Of a DNA stretch of 64,000 bases, positions 9,669-18,315 are shown piece by piece. Under the pieces are notes generated by a model, which had not been told where the DNA came from, made no database searches, and saw only the letters and a program-made list of their open reading frames with translations. The stretch is from a bacterium. Lineage in GTDB: Bacteria; Orphanbacterota; Orphanbacteria; Orphanbacterales; Orphanbacteraceae. The stretch spans positions 862,232-926,231 of the forward strand of contig JALGYY010000017.1 in the NCBI GenBank assembly GCA_025782575.1, given 5' to 3'. Position 1 is the first letter of the stretch, and each line of letters opens with the position of its first letter. A program made the translations under genes and the position numbers.

Positions 9669-10490
9669 ATGCAGGAACAGCTTATTACAAGACTGAAGAA
9701 GGGCGACACCGGGAAGTATGTTTTCCTGTGCGGAGAGCCGGAGCGGGTCGATCGGATTGCCGACCTTCTCGGGAAGAGTACTCCTGTGACATCGATCCGT
9801 GAATTCAACATCAGGAATGCCGACATCGACGGAACGCAGGTGACCGTTGCGTCAACCGGAGTCGGCGGGCCTTCCACCGCCGTGCTCATGGAGGAACTCG
9901 CCAATATCGGTTGCCACACGTTCATACGAGTCGGGACGAGCGGAGGTATGGGGCCGGATGTACAGAAGGGTGACTTCGTCATCTCTTCCGCCGCGATTCG
10001 GGAAGATGGTACGACCCCCGGCTACGCATGGCCGACGTTTCCTGCAGTGGCACACCACGAAGCAATACTGGCGCTGATTGCCGGCGCCCGAAAGCAGGGG
10101 GGCCGATTTCATGTGGGTGTGACCTATTCAGTCGATTCATTCTACGCGGAAAACAAGATTCTCGAAGGGGATGAGCTCACCTCCATGTCACACAGGGGAT
10201 ATCAGCTCCCTTCCAGGAAGAACCGTCTTCGTGACGCCGAGGCGATGGGCGCCCTGCACATCGAGATGGAAAACAGCACGATTCTGACCCTCGCGACCCT
10301 GTTCGGACTACGGGCCGGCTCGATCTGCACTGTCTCGGACGTCGTCCCCTGGCATCCGACCGAAGAAATCATCAACTTCGAAGAGAATATCGCCGAATGC
10401 ATCCGTGTGGGCATCGAAGGGATGAGGATCCTGATCGGCTGGGACCGCGAAAAGGGGGATCAGCCGTTCTGGACTCCCCCGACCCCATAG
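9669..10490 (+). CDS. Nucleoside phosphorylase (PNP/UDP-1 family, uridine-phosphorylase-like)
   Basis: YVFLCGEPERVDRIADLL, VASTGVGGPSTAVLMEEL, FIRVGTSGG and HIEMENS are characteristic of PNP_UDP_1 enzymes. I moved the start to ATG 9669 (MQEQLI...); the ORF-track N-terminal 100 aa has no support. Confidence 0.8.
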   Translation: MQEQLITRLKKGDTGKYVFLCGEPERVDRIADLLGKSTPVTSIREFNIRNADIDGTQVTVASTGVGGPSTAVLMEELANIGCHTFIRVGTSGGMGPDVQKGDFVISSAAIREDGTTPGYAWPTFPAVAHHEAILALIAGARKQGGRFHVGVTYSVDSFYAENKILEGDELTSMSHRGYQLPSRKNRLRDAEAMGALHIEMENSTILTLATLFGLRAGSICTVSDVVPWHPTEEIINFEENIAECIRVGIEGMRILIGWDREKGDQPFWTPPTP

Positions 10491-10551
10491 GGGACCGCTT
10501 ATCGAGGTAAATTCCCTAAGGCGGGCATAGAGCATACCCGATACTTAGTAC

Positions 10552-12591
10552 ATGAATAGCGATCGTGAGACAGGGTCCCGGATCCTGGTCGTCGAAGATG
10601 ATGACACCATTCGCCTCGTCATCTCCCAGGTTCTGGAAGAGGACGGCCATGATGTCACCTCCGCTTCCAGTGGTGAGGAGGCTCTGGCGGAATTCAAGAA
10701 GAGTCCTTCCGACCTGATTCTCACAGACATCATAATGGGAGAGATGAGCGGGATCGACCTGCTGAGAGAGGTCCGGGAGATCTCAGCGGAAACGCCGGTC
10801 ATCGTTGTCACCAGTCAGGCATCTTTTGAAACCGCCGCGGCCGCGCTTCGGCTCGGTGCTTACGACTATCTGACCAAACCCTTTGAAGATCTGGACGTGA
10901 TCTCCGCTGCCGTCAAACGGGCCGTGGAATGGCTCGAGATGGGGAAACACAATCGGAGACTCCTGGAGGATCTGGAGAAAAATGCGGAGGAACTGAGAAA
11001 GGCCAAGGAGGCAGCGGAAAAAGCGACCCGAACCAAATCCCAGTTTCTTGCGAATATGAGTCACGAAATCCGTACACCAATGAACGGTGTTCTCGGCATG
11101 CTCGATCTCGTTCTCAATGCGAATCTCCCGGAAGAGCAGAAGGAATGCCTGGAAATCGCCCGCGACTCTGCCGAGTCCCTTCTCACATTGATCAACGATA
11201 TTCTCGACTTCTCCAAAATTGAAGCACGCGAGCTCGTCATCGAAGAAGTTCCGTTCGACCTGGGAGCTTCGGTCGAGGGGGTGGCCGACGTGCTCGCTCC
11301 CCTGGCGGAAGAGAAGGGGCTGGAACTGCTCGTCCGATATCATCCCGGGGCTCCCCGATCAGTCGTGGGGGATCCGGGCCGGATTCGCCAGGTACTGATG
11401 AACTTCATCAGCAACGCGATCAAATTTACCCACCAAGGCCACATTATGGTCGAGGTTGCATGCGAAGCTGGTGGCGCCGATGATGCCGATTGCTCCGAGT
11501 ACGTGATCCGGGTCATTGACACAGGCATCGGTATTCCCGAAGAGAAAACCGAATCGGTTTTCGATTTGTTCACGCAGGCTGACTCGTCAACCACTCGCGA
11601 GTACGGCGGAACAGGCTTGGGACTCTCCATCTCCAAGCAGCTGATCGAGCTGATGGGCGGGTCGATCGGTGTCCGGAGCGCTCCGGGCGAAGGGTCGGAT
11701 TTCTGGTTCCGGCTACGCCTACCGCTCAGTGAATCCGTTCCGTCCTCTTCGCCGACGGACGACTCACTCGCAACTGCTCGGGTGCTTGTAGTGGATGACC
11801 TCGAAGTGAGTCGGCAGGTCGTTCTGGAGTTGGTCGACCACATGAGTATGCGCCACAGTACGGCGACCGGCGTGGACGAAGCTGTCGAAGCATTCCGCGA
11901 GGCACGATCTACCGGCGATCCGTTCAGTTTCGCCATTATCGATAACCGTGCTCCCACCAGAATCGGCGAGGCATTCTCCCGGACTGTAAGCACAGATTCA
12001 GACCTCTCCTCGATGCCCATGGTCTTTCTCACAACTAAGTCCGAGCGTTGGGGCGCTGACCGGCCGAAGAAATCCGGCTTCATTTCTTGGGCCTTGAAGC
12101 CACTGATGCTGAATAAGCTCCAGGAGGCCGTGGCTGCCGTGTGGCCTGCCTCCGGTCACAGCGCTGAAGACCGGAACGACCGGGATTCTCAGGCGACCGA
12201 TCCCATTCTTGATGAGTTCCTCGTCAATCTTCAGGTTCTGGTTGCCGAAGACAACCCGGTCAATCAGAAAGTCGCATCCATGCTCCTCGAAAAGCTCGGT
12301 TGCCAGGTCGATGTCGCCGCCACCGGCCGGGAAGCGGTCGAGATGATCGGGAGCAAGGAATACGGCCTCGTACTGATGGACTGTCAAATGCCCGAGATGG
12401 ACGGCTACGAAGCGACTCGCGAAATCAGGCGTCTTATGGACCCTGAGTCCCGCATTCCGATCATTGCCCTTACCGGCAACGCCATGCAGGGCGATCGGGA
12501 AAAGTGCATCGACGCGGGCATGGACGACCACATCCTCAAGCCGATACGAAGCGAAACCCTTGAGGCGATCCTGGAGAAGTGGATCGACTAG
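10552..12591 (+). CDS. Hybrid sensor histidine kinase / response regulator (REC-HisKA-HATPase-REC-REC)
   Basis: N-terminal receiver (RILVVEDDD...LILTDIIMGEMSG), H-box FLANMSHEIRTPMNGV, and the N/G boxes of HATPase_c (NAIKFT, DTGIGI, GGTGLGLSI). Two further receivers follow (VLVVDD...AIID; VLVAEDNPVNQ...LMDCQMPEMDG...KP). Confidence 0.9.
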   Translation: MNSDRETGSRILVVEDDDTIRLVISQVLEEDGHDVTSASSGEEALAEFKKSPSDLILTDIIMGEMSGIDLLREVREISAETPVIVVTSQASFETAAAALRLGAYDYLTKPFEDLDVISAAVKRAVEWLEMGKHNRRLLEDLEKNAEELRKAKEAAEKATRTKSQFLANMSHEIRTPMNGVLGMLDLVLNANLPEEQKECLEIARDSAESLLTLINDILDFSKIEARELVIEEVPFDLGASVEGVADVLAPLAEEKGLELLVRYHPGAPRSVVGDPGRIRQVLMNFISNAIKFTHQGHIMVEVACEAGGADDADCSEYVIRVIDTGIGIPEEKTESVFDLFTQADSSTTREYGGTGLGLSISKQLIELMGGSIGVRSAPGEGSDFWFRLRLPLSESVPSSSPTDDSLATARVLVVDDLEVSRQVVLELVDHMSMRHSTATGVDEAVEAFREARSTGDPFSFAIIDNRAPTRIGEAFSRTVSTDSDLSSMPMVFLTTKSERWGADRPKKSGFISWALKPLMLNKLQEAVAAVWPASGHSAEDRNDRDSQATDPILDEFLVNLQVLVAEDNPVNQKVASMLLEKLGCQVDVAATGREAVEMIGSKEYGLVLMDCQMPEMDGYEATREIRRLMDPESRIPIIALTGNAMQGDREKCIDAGMDDHILKPIRSETLEAILEKWID

Positions 12592-12797
12592 GCCTCATTC
12601 CTTTTCAGTCTCCTTCTGTCCCTCACCGCCGGCACCCGCCCGACTCACCTCGATATAAAAAACGAGTCAAATCACCTAAAATCGAGTCAAGATTTCTCCG
12701 TTTATTGCCGATTCTTGGAGAGGATCAAAGTGCGCCGGCGGCTTCGGTTCGAGGCGTACGTGCGGGGCATTTGGCTTGAAAGAGGTACTCTAGGGAC

Positions 12798-15700
12798 GTG
12801 GCAGAACATCGGCCCATTTCAGCCAGACTACTTGGATGCCCCCTTCTGTTCGGTTTCCTCCTCATGCTGGCCGGCTCCGGCTCGGTGGCCCAGGCCGCAT
12901 CGTGGTTCGATTCCGACTGGCAGTACCGTCAACTCATTACGATTTCCCCCAGTGTGACCAACTCTGATCTGACCGATTTCCCGTACATGCTGAAGATTAC
13001 TGATATCACGAACCCTCTCTTCGACAATGCCCAGATCGATGGCGATGACATCGTGTTAACCGCGGACGACGGCATATCCACGCTCGATCATGAGATCGAG
13101 TACTACGATAGCGTGGCTGAGACTCTCGTCGCCTGGGTTCGGATCCCGACACTCTCATCGACCGTGTCGACCGACATCTATATGTACTATGGCAATGGTT
13201 CTGTCTCTACTCAGGAGAACGTGCCCGGAGTCTGGAGCAACGGCTACGAAGCGGTCTATCACCTGCACGATGACTTCAACGATTCAAAAGGGAGCCATAA
13301 CGGCACCAACAGCGGATCGGCTGATGTGACAGGACAGATCGCCGATGGGCAGGATTTCTATCCGGATGACGGAGTTGACGAGATCTCGATCGGGAACTGG
13401 AACTTCACCGGTGATTCGCTCACCATCTCCGCCTGGATGAAATCCGACGACGGTTTCGCCCAGGACGATCCCCGTATTATCTCGAAAGCGAATTCGGGCA
13501 CTCCCGAGGATCACGTGTATATGCTGAGCCTGTATGATGGAACCATCAACGAGAACAGGCTTCGATTCCGCGTCAAGACCGGCTTGAGCGACACTCTCGG
13601 AATGACGGAGCTTCAAGGTAGCTCACCGAACGGGTATCTCCCCGATGCGGCCGAGTGGTATCTGGTCGCCGGGACATACGACGGGACACAGATGCGGCTT
13701 ATCCGTGACGGCCTGGATGCCGGAAGCACGGCTAAGACCGGGCTGATCCGGCAGAACGCATGGCCTTCCTATATCGGCAACAACACGGCCAACACGGACA
13801 CCGCGCTCTACTCATTCGACGGCAAACTCGATGAGGTGAGAATCGCATCAGCCGCACGATCACTTGACTGGATGGGCGCGAATTACCTCAGCCAGTCATC
13901 GCCGGCCTCCTATGTAACCCTGGGCGCCCCGGACACCTCGTACACGGTGGGCGGCAGGGTGTTCGAGGACGCCGACTTTACTGGCACGGCTTCGGACTAT
14001 GATGGCGGGACCGGCGACTCGGTGAGCTCGAATGTGGACGTGGAATTATATGACGCGAGCGATAGCACTTTCATCTCGTCAACTGTGACCGACGTCTCCG
14101 GAAACTATAACTTTGGCGGGCTCCTCAACGGGGATTATATCGTACGTGTCCGTTCGGTGACGATGGGTGACTCCGATACTAAGCCGGCGGGCGGGCTGAA
14201 CGGCACCGTTCCCGGAACTTGGCCATACCCCCATCCCGAGATGACCTGGGGGAATGGGGCAGCCGTCTACGGCGGGCAGAGCGCTACGGCGGACGACGCG
14301 GATACCGGAGACAATGCGGGGATCGGAGACACGCATCTGCCGGTGGCGGTAAGTAGTGGAGATGTAACCGGTGTCAACTTCGGCTTCGCCTACAACCTGA
14401 TCGTAAATACCGAGGACGACGGTCTCGCTGACAACACCCGCAGCGATCAGGGGAGTTTTCGGCAGTTCCTGAAGAACGCCAACGCCATCGGATCAGCGAG
14501 CGGCACCACGGCAAACAGCAGCGAGTTCCGGATGCAGGTTCCAGCCGTCGTCGTCGATGGTCCCGACAGTTGGTGGCGGTTTACCGCGACCGCTGTGAAC
14601 CCTCCGATCTCGGATGGGGGCACAACGGTCGATGGGTCGACGCAACGGGCGAATTCCGGTGCCGACTCGAATACAAGGGGTCCGGAGATCGAACTTTTCG
14701 GCAACGGAATCAGCGCCGTCGGCCTGACACTTTCCGGTGCGAACGAGGTGGTGCGGGAGCTGGCCATCAACGGGTTTGGAGGGACCGGCGTACTCGTGAC
14801 CAGCAACGGCGGGAGCACAATCGCCGGTTGTTACATCGGCACGAATGCCATCGGGACACTCGTCTCGGCGAACGATGGTTACGGGATCGAAATCCGGACC
14901 TCAGGGAATACGATCGGTGGAACGCTTGCCGGCGATCGGAATATCGTCTCCGGCAGCGGAATCGACGGGATCTACCTGAACGGAGCGACCGCCACCGGAA
15001 ACCAGATCCTCGGAAACTACATCGGGGTAAACGCCGCCGGAGACGGTGACTTCGGCAACGGCCAGCACGGTATTGTCGTCGAGGGCCCGGACAATCAAAT
15101 CGGGGGCGTTGCCGCCGGTGCTCGAAACGTAATATCCGGGAACACACGGTCTGCGATCTTTCTTACAGGAACCTCGGCCATGAACAATGTCATCCGGGGG
15201 AACTACCTCGGGACGGACGAAAGCGGAGTCTCGTCTATCGCGAATGACTGGGATGGTGTCACGATTCGTGCCGGTGCGACACAAGACACGATCGGTGGAA
15301 CGACCACCGAATCCAGGAACATCATTGCCGGAAACACGGAAGACGGAATCTACATCGGCGATGAAGCGAGCGACGGCCATGTGATCGAGGGAAACTGGAT
15401 CGGCGTTAATGCTCTGGGGAACCCGCTGGCGAACGGATGGCACGGTATCACGGTGGATCTCGGGGCGGACGCTTGCCGGATCGGCGGATCGGTGACTGGT
15501 GCGGGAAATGTCATCGCATCGAACGGGATGGATGGCGTGCGCATCATGACCGGCAGTCTGGGCAACTCCATACTCGGCAACTCCATTTACTCGAACTCGG
15601 AGCTCGGCATCGACCTGAACAACGACGATGTCACGCTGAACGACGACGACGATCCGGACACCGGGCCGAACAACTTCCAGAACTTCCCGGTCCTCACCTC

Positions 15701-16409
15701 GGTCGTCACGACCGGGAGCGGAAGCATCCTCATTGAAGGCACATTGAACAGCGTCGCGAGCGCCGACTACCGGGTCGAATTCTTCTCGAACGCCACTGCA
15801 GACGTATCCGGCTACGGCGAGGGGGAAACTTATCTTGGCGCCGACACGGTGACGACCGATGGCTTGGGGGACGTGAGCTTCAGCGTCACCCTCTCCGCCA
15901 CTGTCGGCGCCGGCGCCTATATCACAGCCACTGCCACCGATCCATCAGGCAACGCGTCCGAATTCAGCGCAACGACCACGGCTGTCCTCTACGTACCCGT
16001 GATTACCAAGAAAGCTTACTTTTCCGATGATTCCGCAGTACCGGACGGGGCGATTCTTCCCGCCGGTACCGAGATCAGATACCTGCTCTATGTCAACAAT
16101 CGCCTCACCGCGCGAAATGATGTTGTCCTCCAGGATGTCCTCGACCCCACATTCGCTTACGTGGGGGGGACGATCCTCTATGACAACAGCGTGGCGACAT
16201 GCGCCGGCGGAACGTGCACCACATCGGAAGAGTCGACTATTCTTGCTGCGGCTCTCGCGGGAACTGTCGGAACAGACGGGGTAGATGGTGATGTGGTGAG
16301 TTACACGGGCAGCACGTTGGATATAGGGGATGCGATCGTCGCCAATAACCAGTTGGATATTTTGGCTGAAAAAATCTGGGCGGTCGTCTTTACAGTGAAG
16401 ATCAACTGA
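12798..16409 (+). CDS. Large secreted adhesin-like protein: DUF2341, LamG/ConA-like lectin, SdrD/Cna-B-like, parallel beta-helix repeats, C-terminal DUF11-like domain
   Basis: GTG start with signal peptide ...LLMLAGSGSVAQA. The DUF2341 signature covers aa 38-135 (WQYRQ.ITI...DFP..L.I....DGDDI.....DG...L.HEIE.YD......VAWVRIP......IYMYYGN). A LamG-like block covers aa ~145-365 (...WYLVAGTYDG..MRL..DG...FDGKLDEVRI). A Cna-B/SdrD-like block follows (GGRVFEDADF...GNYNFGGLLNGDYIVRV). About 9 repeats of a 22-23-aa beta-helix unit (GN.IGG....RN.ISGN...GI.I) span aa ~640-935. The DUF11-like end covers aa 1068-1203. Confidence 0.85.
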   Translation: MAEHRPISARLLGCPLLFGFLLMLAGSGSVAQAASWFDSDWQYRQLITISPSVTNSDLTDFPYMLKITDITNPLFDNAQIDGDDIVLTADDGISTLDHEIEYYDSVAETLVAWVRIPTLSSTVSTDIYMYYGNGSVSTQENVPGVWSNGYEAVYHLHDDFNDSKGSHNGTNSGSADVTGQIADGQDFYPDDGVDEISIGNWNFTGDSLTISAWMKSDDGFAQDDPRIISKANSGTPEDHVYMLSLYDGTINENRLRFRVKTGLSDTLGMTELQGSSPNGYLPDAAEWYLVAGTYDGTQMRLIRDGLDAGSTAKTGLIRQNAWPSYIGNNTANTDTALYSFDGKLDEVRIASAARSLDWMGANYLSQSSPASYVTLGAPDTSYTVGGRVFEDADFTGTASDYDGGTGDSVSSNVDVELYDASDSTFISSTVTDVSGNYNFGGLLNGDYIVRVRSVTMGDSDTKPAGGLNGTVPGTWPYPHPEMTWGNGAAVYGGQSATADDADTGDNAGIGDTHLPVAVSSGDVTGVNFGFAYNLIVNTEDDGLADNTRSDQGSFRQFLKNANAIGSASGTTANSSEFRMQVPAVVVDGPDSWWRFTATAVNPPISDGGTTVDGSTQRANSGADSNTRGPEIELFGNGISAVGLTLSGANEVVRELAINGFGGTGVLVTSNGGSTIAGCYIGTNAIGTLVSANDGYGIEIRTSGNTIGGTLAGDRNIVSGSGIDGIYLNGATATGNQILGNYIGVNAAGDGDFGNGQHGIVVEGPDNQIGGVAAGARNVISGNTRSAIFLTGTSAMNNVIRGNYLGTDESGVSSIANDWDGVTIRAGATQDTIGGTTTESRNIIAGNTEDGIYIGDEASDGHVIEGNWIGVNALGNPLANGWHGITVDLGADACRIGGSVTGAGNVIASNGMDGVRIMTGSLGNSILGNSIYSNSELGIDLNNDDVTLNDDDDPDTGPNNFQNFPVLTSVVTTGSGSILIEGTLNSVASADYRVEFFSNATADVSGYGEGETYLGADTVTTDGLGDVSFSVTLSATVGAGAYITATATDPSGNASEFSATTTAVLYVPVITKKAYFSDDSAVPDGAILPAGTEIRYLLYVNNRLTARNDVVLQDVLDPTFAYVGGTILYDNSVATCAGGTCTTSEESTILAAALAGTVGTDGVDGDVVSYTGSTLDIGDAIVANNQLDILAEKIWAVVFTVKIN

Positions 16410-16442
16410 CCGGCATTTCCACCATCCGGCTTCCGACGATGA

Positions 16443-18296
16443 TCAGGAAACGACCGGTACCGATTCCGGTTCGATCCGATCCTTCTCGCCGACCTCCGGA
16501 AGAGATCGATCAACGGTCGGCATGGAAATTGTGAAGGTCGTCCCCTCACCCAGCTCGCTTTCGACTGCAATCTTCCCGCCGTGATCCTCGATTATCCCGA
16601 AGCTGACCGACAGCCCGAGACCGGTCCCCTTCCCCGAGCGCTTGGTCGTAAAGAAAGGCTCGTAGATTTTCCCCATCACTTCAGCGCTCATTCCCGGACC
16701 ATCGTCGGCCACCCGGAGCATCAACGAACCTGACTCACTGATGGCCGTGCTCACCGTAATGACTCCGGGCGCCCCGTCCATGGCCTGTTGAGCGTTGATC
16801 ATCAGGTTCATCACGACTTGCTGAAGCTGGTTCGCGTTGCCGCGTATCGGAAGCAGGCTCTCCCCGAGTTCCCGCCGGAGCTTGACCTGATTCAACTCGA
16901 GTTGGTGATTCACGATTGCGATAGCGTCTTCAACCACAGGATTGATTTCTATTGTCTCGAGCGTCGCCTTTTCCTGGCGAGCAAACCTCAGCAGATTATC
17001 AATGATCGATTTGCAGCGCTTCGTCTCTTTCTCGATCAGATCGAGGTTTTTTCGCAGAGGCGTTCCATCCTCTGACTTCCGCTTGGTGAGCTGCGTAACC
17101 GCCAGAATTCCCGCCAGCGGGTTCTTGATCTCGTGTGCAATGCCGGCTCCAAGTTGCCCGAAGGCCGCCATCTTCTCCGATTGAACGAGTTGAGAGTGGG
17201 CCTCTTCCAGGGCGGTGTCTCGCTCTTTGAGACCGGTCGTCATCCGGTTGAACGCCTGGGCCAGAGTGCCGACCTCGTCCCTGCTGCTGACGGCGACCGT
17301 GACGTCGAATTCACCCTTCGCGATCCGCGTGGTCGCGGAAGCGAGCTTATCCAGAGGTCGGGTGATCAGGGCCGAACCGAATGAACTGGTCAGAACAGCC
17401 AGAACCAGAAGCCCGAGCGCGATAATCAGGAGCTGCTTAAGCAGAGCGCGGGAAGCCATGTTCACTGCCGACCGCGGGATCTGAGCGCATACCGTTACGC
17501 CGCCCACTCCGGCGCTCGCGAAGCCTCCGATCATCAGACGATCGTCGATTTCGTAGACGAGCGTCACCCCTGCGCTGTGTTCATCGAGCCCTCCTTCCAC
17601 CTCCGAAGGGAATTCGATTCTCGCCCGTGCCCCCACTCCGGCAGGTTCCGAATCGGTAAGAAGCATTCCATTCGGACCCACTATCAGGATTTCGAATACC
17701 GGTGATCGTTCAGAAATCCGCCGAAGCCGTTCCGAGCGCGCCACGATCGAGATGATGAGAGACGTACCATCTTTTGATGGCGGCATCGCTTGCGCAAACG
17801 TGATCGTCGGCAGATCTTCGTGCAGCGTTGAATTCTCCAGCCAGATCTCCTTGGAGCCGGAGAGTCCGTCCGGGAAGGGATGGCTCAGGCGATATTCACG
17901 AAAGTCTTTCTCCGATAGTCCCCCGCCCACCAGGGTCGCCACGTCATAGACACCGGCGATTTCCTTCCCGTCCTTATGAAGTGTAACGGCAACCAGATCT
18001 TCAGCATCGGTGAAGAAATCCTTCAGAAGATTCCTTCTGCTATCCGCCGTCAGATCCGATTCGCCCATGAGGCGCCCGTACATCTGAAGGCGGTTCCGGT
18101 ATCCCGACAAGACAGATCCGCACTCTTCGGCGGAACTCATCGCCATGATCGATGCGAGATCGCTGATATAGGTCTCTTTATCCTCATGGAACATCTCTGC
18201 CATCGTAAAGGTGATCAGGCTGATCACGATCGTCACGATGGACAGCAAGGCAATCAGGATCTTGAGACGAATCGGAAAGCGCAGTCGGTTTTTCAT
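16443..18296 (-). CDS. Sensor histidine kinase with a periplasmic sensor domain (TM, ~250-aa periplasmic region, TM, HAMP, HisKA, HATPase)
   Basis: TM1 is ILIALLSIVTIVISLITF and TM2 is LLIIALGLLVLAVLTSSF. The HAMP region is ...ITRPLDKLASATTRIAKGEFD...LAQAFNRM, the H-box is AGIAHEIKNPL, and the ATPase boxes are NLMINAQQAM, DDGPGM and GTGLGLSV. GGGAGAAAGAG RBS. No response regulator is adjacent. Confidence 0.85.
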   Translation of the reverse strand: MKNRLRFPIRLKILIALLSIVTIVISLITFTMAEMFHEDKETYISDLASIMAMSSAEECGSVLSGYRNRLQMYGRLMGESDLTADSRRNLLKDFFTDAEDLVAVTLHKDGKEIAGVYDVATLVGGGLSEKDFREYRLSHPFPDGLSGSKEIWLENSTLHEDLPTITFAQAMPPSKDGTSLIISIVARSERLRRISERSPVFEILIVGPNGMLLTDSEPAGVGARARIEFPSEVEGGLDEHSAGVTLVYEIDDRLMIGGFASAGVGGVTVCAQIPRSAVNMASRALLKQLLIIALGLLVLAVLTSSFGSALITRPLDKLASATTRIAKGEFDVTVAVSSRDEVGTLAQAFNRMTTGLKERDTALEEAHSQLVQSEKMAAFGQLGAGIAHEIKNPLAGILAVTQLTKRKSEDGTPLRKNLDLIEKETKRCKSIIDNLLRFARQEKATLETIEINPVVEDAIAIVNHQLELNQVKLRRELGESLLPIRGNANQLQQVVMNLMINAQQAMDGAPGVITVSTAISESGSLMLRVADDGPGMSAEVMGKIYEPFFTTKRSGKGTGLGLSVSFGIIEDHGGKIAVESELGEGTTFTISMPTVDRSLPEVGEKDRIEPESVPVVS

Positions 18297-18315
18297 ATTC
18301 TCTTTCTCCCGATTT

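Noticed and set aside
14400-15650. Cluster of long ORFs in several frames on both strands, considered as a possible DNA repeat array or mobile element
   Set aside because: They are explained by the ~66-69-nt periodic, GC-rich coding repeats of the adhesin beta-helix. There are no spacers, inverted termini or transposase.
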